DNA of 64,000 bases from an uncultured Acidimicrobiales bacterium (GTDB taxonomy: Bacteria; Actinomycetota; Acidimicrobiia; Acidimicrobiales; DATKAS01): positions 289,535-353,534 of the forward strand of contig CAVXAI010000013.1 in assembly GCA_963759645.1 (NCBI GenBank), given 5' to 3'. This document shows, in pieces, positions 55,525 to 64,000 of the stretch (the stretch's first letter is position 1; the number at the start of each line of letters is the position of its first letter). Both the position numbers and the translations under genes were made by a program. The notes beneath the pieces were generated by a model, which worked only from the letters and a program-made list of their open reading frames with translations, made no database searches and had not been told where the DNA came from.

Positions 55525-58020
55525 CTACTGAAGCGGTCTCGGGTCCCCTCCCGGGTCGGCCATGTCGGGCCGCCAGTCGTCGTCGGTCTCCCACTGGTCC
55601 CAGTCGTCCCACAGCTCGTCGGTCGACGAGGCATCGTCGACGTCCCAACCGTCATCGTGGTCGGGCGCCGCGCCGGGACGTTCCTTCGGAGCGGGAAACA
55701 CGAGCGCCGGGCTGCGGATCAGCCAGACGAGCCCTGCGAAGCCGAGCAGCGTGAGCAGGATCCCGGCGATGTCGATCGGTGTGCGCCCGTAGTGGAGCGA
55801 CACGTGCTCGCTCGTCGGCACGACGACCATGAGGTTGGGCGTCACCCGCCACGGGCCGTCGGCGCCCGATGCTTGCCAGTTCGGGAAATAGGAGGCCTTG
55901 ACGAGCACCGGCACACCGACCTGATCGACGTCGAAGCTGATGCGGTCGTCGTCGGTCGTGATGTTGGTGACCTCGACGGGCTGGAGCGGCCGCTCTTCGG
56001 GCGCTTGGCCAACTTGGATGCGCTGCCACTCGTCGGGCCCACTCGCGGCCAGCTCGACGTTCCAGGTCGCCGGGTCGAGGAAGAAGTCCTCGCCAACGTG
56101 CAACCAGCTCTTCGAGTTCTTGTCAGCACCCTCGACCACCGCAGGCTCGTTCTCGAGCGGGGAGACGATCTCGGAGTCGGCGACCTCGAAGATCACCCAC
56201 GGCCCGGAGGTCGCGATCTCGGTGAGGCCTTCGTCCTCGCGTGCCATCTTCACGGCCGCCGGAGAGAAGGCCATGTAGTACCGCACCCCGAGGAGCTGCA
56301 TGTACTGGACGCCCTTGGGCACGTCGAGCGGGTCGTATGTCAAGTTGCGCACGGGACGAGAAGGTGCGGCGGACAGCGCCGAGCTCGCGAGGAAGTGGTA
56401 CGGCGTCGTCGCGGACGACTCGAAGAAGAGCCCCTCCATCGACCCGATGCAGCCGTCGGTCCAGAACGGGAGGAGCATCATCGACATCGGCGTGCCGTAC
56501 TGATTGAGCTCGGAGTCGTACTCCCACTCCGCTCGCCCGCAACCGCGCGTCTGGCCGATGTCGTCCATGGTCGTCATCACGTCTCGGTACTCGCCGTACG
56601 CGGGCTTGCCTTCGTAGCCGAGGTAGTTCCACTTCGCCCAGTCGTCGACGAACGCCGATCTCGTGTTGGTGAGACCCAACCAGCTGTACGCGGAGACCGG
56701 ACCGGACGCCCTCTGCACCGTCACCATGTGACCGCCGGGCAGGATGCGCAGGCTCATTCCGAGCACGATCACGCAGACGAGCGCACCGACGACCGGCGTG
56801 AGCGCGATCACTGCCCGCTTCGCGCCCCGACCGAACAGGCGCGATGCGATCGACGCGAGCCAGAGCCCGATCTCCACCGCACCGAGCGCCGCGAGGAGGT
56901 ACTTGCACAGGTAGTAGAAGGGCGTCAGCCGCGCGTTCCAGAACATGCTCTGCGGCCACACGATGATCCACACGCCGTAGATGAGCGTCATCAACCCGAG
57001 CCAGATGCCGGTCCGCTGACGGCGCACGATCGCGGCGAGCAAGCCGATCACGCCGAGCACGACGAGGATGGCGTCCCACTTCCATGTGCCCGGGAACAGC
57101 AGGTTGACGTAGTCGGTGCGTCGCTCGTACCCCATGTCGGTGAGGTAGTGACGCCGCATCCAGAACGGCACGACCCAAAACGCGGTGAGCAATACCGCGA
57201 CCGGAAGCGTCGTCGCGAGCCACTTGAAGCGGTGCCGATCCAGGTAGAGGAGGAACCACACGATCGTGCCGGCCGCGGCGAAGATCGCGACGATGAGGTG
57301 CGACAGCACGCACAGGGCGAGCAAGCCCGCGGCGAGCGCACGGTAGCGACCGGTGCGCAGCCCCCGGGCGAGCACGCCGAAGTAGACGAGCGAGAGCGAC
57401 AGCGCGATCGAGAACGAGAACTCGCCCGCCATCGTCGACGCGATGTTGCCGCCGTAGATGGTGAACGTCTCGTCGAAGAGGAACACGACCGCGATTGCGG
57501 CGAACATCGGGGGCGCCGGGAAGCGCAGCCCGCTGAGCTTGCCGAAGGCCCACGCGGCGACGGGCAGGGTGAGCACCCCCGCGATCGACACGAGCTTGAG
57601 CGCGAGCCCGTAGGGCAGGACGACGTCAAGGATGACCACCGCCAGCGCAGGGATGACCATGTAGAACTGGTAGGCGGGGAATCCGGCGTACCAGTCGGGC
57701 GCCCACCCCGAGAGGCGGAAGTGCGGCAGGAGGTGGTCGCGCAAGTACGCCGGCGCCCAGACGTGGGCACCCATGTCGCCGCCGGTCGGCGTGCTGTTCG
57801 AGAACAGCAGATCGGGATGGAGCTGCGCCAGCGTGAAGACCACGGCGCCGACCACGATCCCGAACGTGATCCAGCCCTCGATGGTGACGGCGGCGAGACG
57901 CCGGGCGAGCCGCTCGACCCATCCGGGCCCGCGCTCGGCGGGCGCGTCGACGCGCTCCCCGGCGGGCGCGGCCGGGGGCCCGGGAGGTTCCGGAGGGGTT
58001 TGCTCGAGGAGGTCGGTCAT
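55525..58020 (-). CDS. Large polytopic membrane protein, PTPS-related/YfhO-like putative GT-C glycosyltransferase
   Basis: GGDMGAH, WAPDWYAGFPAYQFY, about 12 TM helices, then an extracellular domain with SYFPNW and a C-terminal TM. Confidence 0.75.
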   Translation of the reverse strand: MTDLLEQTPPEPPGPPAAPAGERVDAPAERGPGWVERLARRLAAVTIEGWITFGIVVGAVVFTLAQLHPDLLFSNSTPTGGDMGAHVWAPAYLRDHLLPHFRLSGWAPDWYAGFPAYQFYMVIPALAVVILDVVLPYGLALKLVSIAGVLTLPVAAWAFGKLSGLRFPAPPMFAAIAVVFLFDETFTIYGGNIASTMAGEFSFSIALSLSLVYFGVLARGLRTGRYRALAAGLLALCVLSHLIVAIFAAAGTIVWFLLYLDRHRFKWLATTLPVAVLLTAFWVVPFWMRRHYLTDMGYERRTDYVNLLFPGTWKWDAILVVLGVIGLLAAIVRRQRTGIWLGLMTLIYGVWIIVWPQSMFWNARLTPFYYLCKYLLAALGAVEIGLWLASIASRLFGRGAKRAVIALTPVVGALVCVIVLGMSLRILPGGHMVTVQRASGPVSAYSWLGLTNTRSAFVDDWAKWNYLGYEGKPAYGEYRDVMTTMDDIGQTRGCGRAEWEYDSELNQYGTPMSMMLLPFWTDGCIGSMEGLFFESSATTPYHFLASSALSAAPSRPVRNLTYDPLDVPKGVQYMQLLGVRYYMAFSPAAVKMAREDEGLTEIATSGPWVIFEVADSEIVSPLENEPAVVEGADKNSKSWLHVGEDFFLDPATWNVELAASGPDEWQRIQVGQAPEERPLQPVEVTNITTDDDRISFDVDQVGVPVLVKASYFPNWQASGADGPWRVTPNLMVVVPTSEHVSLHYGRTPIDIAGILLTLLGFAGLVWLIRSPALVFPAPKERPGAAPDHDDGWDVDDASSTDELWDDWDQWETDDDWRPDMADPGGDPRPLQ

Positions 58021-58075
58021 ACGAGGCCCGTCATCAGCCCTGACATGTTCGCATCACACCATCGGCCGTGAGCAG

Positions 58076-58786
58076 TCACTCCTGCAGGAGCAGGATCGTG
58101 ATCGTGACGGCGTTGAAGCCCATGTGGGCGAAGATCGCGGGCCCGAGCCGCCCGTAGCGGTGGACGAGCAGCCCGGCGACGAGCCCGAACAGCACCAGCG
58201 CCGGGAACTGCAGGGGTTGGAAGTGGATCAGGCCGAAGAACAGTGCGCTCAGCCACAGCCCCCACCCGGTCCCGAACGCCCGGTCGACCGCTCCCATCAA
58301 GAAGCCGCGGAAAAACAGCTCCTCGACGATGGGCGCGCCGATCACGACCAGGAGCACCAGCACGACGATGCCCGCGCCGCTGGCGCGGTCGGTGAGCTCG
58401 CGGGCCGCGTCATCCAGCTCGTCGGGGTCGAGGTCGAAGATCCAGAAGATCGGGACATAGAGCAGGGGCACGAGGACCAGCTGGGTCACCGCGCCGATCG
58501 GAAGACCACGAACGGCGTCGCGGGGCCCGGCTCGCAGTCCCATGTCCACCGTGAGGTCGCCGGTGCCCTTGCGACGCGAGAACAGCACAGTCCCGCCGAC
58601 GAGCACGACCCAGAGCGGCACCTGCAGGACGGCGGTGAGCCACAGCGGAGGGTCGGGATCGTCCGCGGCGCCGTAGCCCGCCGCTAGCAGCACCGCGGCA
58701 CCCACGAGGTTCGACACCACGAAGGCGGCGAGCCACGTCAGCAGGGCGTCGCGGATCCCCGGGGCGGTCGCGGTCTCGTCGGCCAC
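58076..58786 (-). CDS. CPBP (Abi/CAAX) intramembrane metalloprotease
   Basis: EELFFRG, FGLIH, AHMGFN. Confidence 0.92.
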   Translation of the reverse strand: MADETATAPGIRDALLTWLAAFVVSNLVGAAVLLAAGYGAADDPDPPLWLTAVLQVPLWVVLVGGTVLFSRRKGTGDLTVDMGLRAGPRDAVRGLPIGAVTQLVLVPLLYVPIFWIFDLDPDELDDAARELTDRASGAGIVVLVLLVVIGAPIVEELFFRGFLMGAVDRAFGTGWGLWLSALFFGLIHFQPLQFPALVLFGLVAGLLVHRYGRLGPAIFAHMGFNAVTITILLLQE

Positions 58787-58799
58787 GGTGGCCGACCGC

Positions 58800-59024
58800 T
58801 CAGACGGCGAGGGCGACCGGGCCAGACGATCGCATGCGGCGATCGTCGAGCATCCAGCCCCGGGGCGGGCGCAGGCGCTCGGCGTGGCGGGCGCACATGT
58901 CGTAGGCGTGTGGGTCGCGCTCGACAGTGAGGTGATCGAGCCACGCCGCCTGTTCGCCGTAGTGGTAGGTGACTGTCGCCACGGCGGGCTCCGCGCACGC
59001 GGGGCGGCAGCACTGACGGCGCAT
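58800..59024 (-). CDS. DUF3499 family protein
   Basis: RQCCRPAC...AVATVTYHY...HAYDMCARHAERLRPPRGW. Confidence 0.85.
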   Translation of the reverse strand: MRRQCCRPACAEPAVATVTYHYGEQAAWLDHLTVERDPHAYDMCARHAERLRPPRGWMLDDRRMRSSGPVALAV

Positions 59025-59087
59025 TCGGGCGACGATACCTGTCACCAGCGGCGTCATTGGGGACACCCCGGGCCCTAGCATGGTCGC

Positions 59088-61076
<1,989 letters not shown>

Positions 61077-61128
61077 CCTTCCTCTCGCCGACTCGACCGC
61101 CAGCGCGCCCATTCGGGCGCGCTCCGGG

Positions 61129-61551
61129 TCAAGTGCCGGGCGGTTCCATGACCGAGACCAGCGCCTCGCGCAGCTCGTCGGCCGTCACCGAGCCGGCGAA
61201 CGACGCGCGGACGGCGCCAGCGCGATCCACGACGAGCGCGATCGGCACGGCGTCGATCTCGTACCGCTTGTGCACCTCGGGCCGGACCCCGACCTCGGCT
61301 TCGTCGACCGCGACCTCGTCGCTGCGGACGGCGGCTGCAACAGTCAGCATGGCCCCGCACGTGGCGCACGACGCCGACGTGAAGACGACCACGAGGACTC
61401 GGGCGTCGGGCCGGGCGAAGTCGTCGCGCGCGACGCGATCAGGCACGCGCACACCGGGCGCCGCCGACGTGTGGACGCGGCGCCGGTTGACGAGGAACCC
61501 GATGATCACCGCGCTGGCGCCCAGCGCGAGAGCCAGCAGCGCCCGCGTCAC
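61129..61551 (-). CDS. Membrane-anchored thioredoxin-like protein
   Basis: N-terminal TM, CATC motif, AVP cis-Pro loop. Confidence 0.75.
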   Translation of the reverse strand: MTRALLALALGASAVIIGFLVNRRRVHTSAAPGVRVPDRVARDDFARPDARVLVVVFTSASCATCGAMLTVAAAVRSDEVAVDEAEVGVRPEVHKRYEIDAVPIALVVDRAGAVRASFAGSVTADELREALVSVMEPPGT

Positions 61552-62990
61552 GTCAGCGGGACACCGAGCTGGCGCGAGGTGCCCGCTTGCTCCCGGAAGA
61601 TCAACCCTCGCTCGACGACGATCGGCGCATCCGCCTCGACGAGGAGTGTCATCGGCGTCTCGGTGATCTCGTCGTTGACCCGCAGCTGCACGACGCCGCC
61701 CGCCGAGACCTCGAGCTCATCGCCGAGCGCGACGAAGCCGTCGGAGTCGAGCCGCGACACCCGCACCAACGCGGGCTGATCGCCCGTGTTGAGCACCGTG
61801 ACCTCCTCGACGACCGTGTCGGACGTGCCCCCGGCCGCCAGCAGCCAGCGCGCAGCGGCGACCCGCGACCCGAGCAGCGAGCTCACGCCCCGCGTGCCCT
61901 CGTCGGCCACCAAGTTCATGACGCGCTCGGCGACGACGGGCACACCGTTCGCGGAGGTGACGAGGATGCTGTGCAACCCGTCGACGACACCGACATCGCC
62001 GGTGATGTCGTACTGGCCCGCTGAGAACGGCGCGACGCTGAGCGGGACCACGGTGGCGAGCGCGTCGTCGGGCTCGTCACCGTCAGCCGGCTCCGGACGC
62101 ACCTCGATGTCGATCTCGGCCACCTCGTCGCCCGGATTGAAGACGATGACGCGCTCACTCACCTGCGGGACGCGCCGGCCGTCCGGGAAGAACCACGCCG
62201 GCGCGGTGGTGGGCGCCGCCACCCCAGACGTGAAGCCCTCGCGGCCTTCGCTGCCGTCGAACGTCTGGATGCGCCCCAGCACCAGCCGTCCCGACCGGGC
62301 GGAGACGGTGGCGGCGACGGCGGTGCGCCGGCGGACCTGCTCGGTGATGTCCACGACGCGCACCGAGTTCGCGCGCACCACGAGCCCCTGGAGAGGCTGC
62401 GGTGAGAACGGACCCTCGTTCGTGGCGAACTCCATGTCGACGATCGCGTCGTCGGGATAGGGGTTGTACAGCAGGTAGGTGAGCCGCGCGTCTCGCGTCG
62501 TCACGCCGTCGGCGAAGTACCAGCTCGCCGCGGCTGCGGTCGCGCACGCGCTCGGATCGCGGATCTCACCCCTCGCCACGCTTTGCTCAACCACGACTCC
62601 GCCGCCTTCGATGTCGACCTGGGCGGCGACGTATGCGGCCGGCGCGACCTCGGCGAGGTTGATCGAGGTCGTGGAGTGGGGGGCAAGCGTCAGACTCCGT
62701 GTCGCGGGGTTGCCTTCGTTCGGCACGACAGTGAGCAGCGCGGGCAGCTCGACCTCGGTCGGGTTCGTGATCGTGACGAAGCCGGCCACGCTGCCGTCGG
62801 GCGGCGCGGGGACGCCAGGACAGAACCATGTCGACGTAGCCGCGGTGACCGGCGACGCGACCGGTTGTACAGGCGCGGTCGCGGTGCCGAAGACGACTTC
62901 GTCGGGGGGCGGCGGATCCTGGTCGATGACCAGCCCGGCGGCGAGCAGGCCTCCGAAGAGGAGGAGGATCGGGAGGCGATGCACGCTCAC
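61548..62990 (-). CDS. DUF5719-like secreted protein with repeated beta domains
   Basis: N-terminal TM, WFCPG, repeated W(Y/F)F(A/P)DG...NP...VVAER units. Lies downstream of the GT2-type gene. Confidence 0.7.
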   Translation of the reverse strand: MSVHRLPILLLFGGLLAAGLVIDQDPPPPDEVVFGTATAPVQPVASPVTAATSTWFCPGVPAPPDGSVAGFVTITNPTEVELPALLTVVPNEGNPATRSLTLAPHSTTSINLAEVAPAAYVAAQVDIEGGGVVVEQSVARGEIRDPSACATAAAASWYFADGVTTRDARLTYLLYNPYPDDAIVDMEFATNEGPFSPQPLQGLVVRANSVRVVDITEQVRRRTAVAATVSARSGRLVLGRIQTFDGSEGREGFTSGVAAPTTAPAWFFPDGRRVPQVSERVIVFNPGDEVAEIDIEVRPEPADGDEPDDALATVVPLSVAPFSAGQYDITGDVGVVDGLHSILVTSANGVPVVAERVMNLVADEGTRGVSSLLGSRVAAARWLLAAGGTSDTVVEEVTVLNTGDQPALVRVSRLDSDGFVALGDELEVSAGGVVQLRVNDEITETPMTLLVEADAPIVVERGLIFREQAGTSRQLGVPLT

Positions 62991-64000
62991 GTGGGCGCTC
63001 CTGACGTCTCGAGTTCCGCACTCGCCACCGATGCCGTTTCCGGAGCGGCGCTCGCAGGAGCGGCGACGCGGGCGCCGCGCGGCCAACGCATCGAGGTCTT
63101 CCACCGGAGCAACAACACGATCGCGAGAAGCCAAACGACCGCTTGGCCCGCAATCGCGAGGGTGCGAGCGAGCGGGGTGTCGAACGAGAGGGAGCCCGCG
63201 CCGGGGTCGGCGACCGCGTAGCTGTTCGCCCATCCGTAGGCCGTCTCGCGCGGCACTTCGGAGTCGTTCACCCGGAGCGTCCAGCGGTCGGTCGCCGCGT
63301 CGGCAACCACGACGGTCCCGGCGGCGAGCTCCCCGGTGAATGTCGCGACCTCGGTTTCGTCGAGCAGCACGGGCTGTGGCGCGACGGGTGCAGCGCCCTC
63401 GGCCGTGTCCGGCGGGCGTCGCCAGCTGCAGCGAACGCACCGGTGTCCACGCGGTGTTCTCGTAGACGTCGAGGGCTTCGTCGACCTCGACGTGGCGGAG
63501 GTCGAGCTGCGACGCAAGCCCAATCGTGAGTGCGGCGGGCGCGGGCACGAGCGGCGTGTCGTCGATGGCGGGCGCGAGCCGGTCGGGCACCACCACGTAG
63601 CGGATCCCCATCGGCCCGAGCAGGTGGCCGAGTCGATCCGTCTGCCCGTTGGCGGCGAGAGCCACGCTCTCGGCGATGAGCTGCGTGGAGTCCGGCGCGC
63701 TGGCGACCCATAGGTCGGTCACGTCGGGAGGACCGTCGTCGGACGTCGCGTAGGCGACGCCCTCACCGAGCTGCCACCCGGCGAGCGGCAAGATCGAGGG
63801 CTGGCCGAGCCACAACACGCGGAACGCTCCGGCCTCCGGGTCTTGATCCATGAAGCCGAGCGAGGCCGCGAAGTCGCTGTGCGGTGCGCGCCACCGTCCC
63901 CCGCTGGCGGCGATGAGGGCCGGCACCATCCCCACGACGAGCGCGACAGCGGCCGTTAGTGATGCGAGCTGGCGCCATCCGAAGCGGTAGCCGCGAAGGT
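62987..64000 (-). CDS. C-terminal part of a large membrane protein, probably the GT2-family protein of the GT2-DUF5719 locus (5' end outside window; frameshifted)
   Basis: FRVLWLG, GIRYVVV, QLDL, YEN, AYGWANSY and a C-terminal TM. Assignment relies on synteny. Confidence 0.65.

Noticed and set aside
54886-58071. 1061-aa plus-strand ORF
   Set aside because: Antisense shadow of manB and the GT-C gene. High-GC codon bias removes stops, and it has no recognisable motifs.
61548-63935. 795-aa ORF joining the GT2-type C-terminus to the DUF5719-like protein
   Set aside because: Indel near 63420. The upstream gene ends at 62987 and overlaps the next GTG start.

Overview
This is a high-GC (~70%), gene-dense stretch of actinobacterial chromosome. 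Gene content and order (Bpa and PAC2 proteasome accessories, F420-type LLM enzymes, class II DAHP synthase, the GT2-DUF5719-DUF3499-manB-Trm112-pgi/pmi-ahcY block) suggest Acidimicrobiia, which is an inference. It holds about 60 CDS, mostly housekeeping (dnaE, ileS, leuS, lspA, rluA-type, nadD, rsfS, proA, hpf, ahcY, manB, ftsH), and one tRNA-Ala(GGC). I found no integrase, transposase, prophage or CRISPR array. Many genes, including essential ones, are broken by 1-nt frameshifts, most likely long-read indel errors, so I joined them by eye and their coordinates are approximate. The most notable observations are: (1) a six-gene translationally coupled operon with two uncharacterised PLP enzymes among sugar-phosphate and lactonase genes, next to a GH63/debranching-enzyme pair; (2) an atypical sigma-70 with a collapsed domain 3, an altered -35 helix and a possible 4-codon uORF; (3) a structured 61-nt tandem repeat before the DAHP synthase gene; (4) an IleRS2 with the GxHH motif; (5) a cysteine-free DksA/TraR protein; (6) pervasive leaderless promoter architecture; (7) a GH63 3' end with foreign-looking codon usage. 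None is proven novel from sequence alone.
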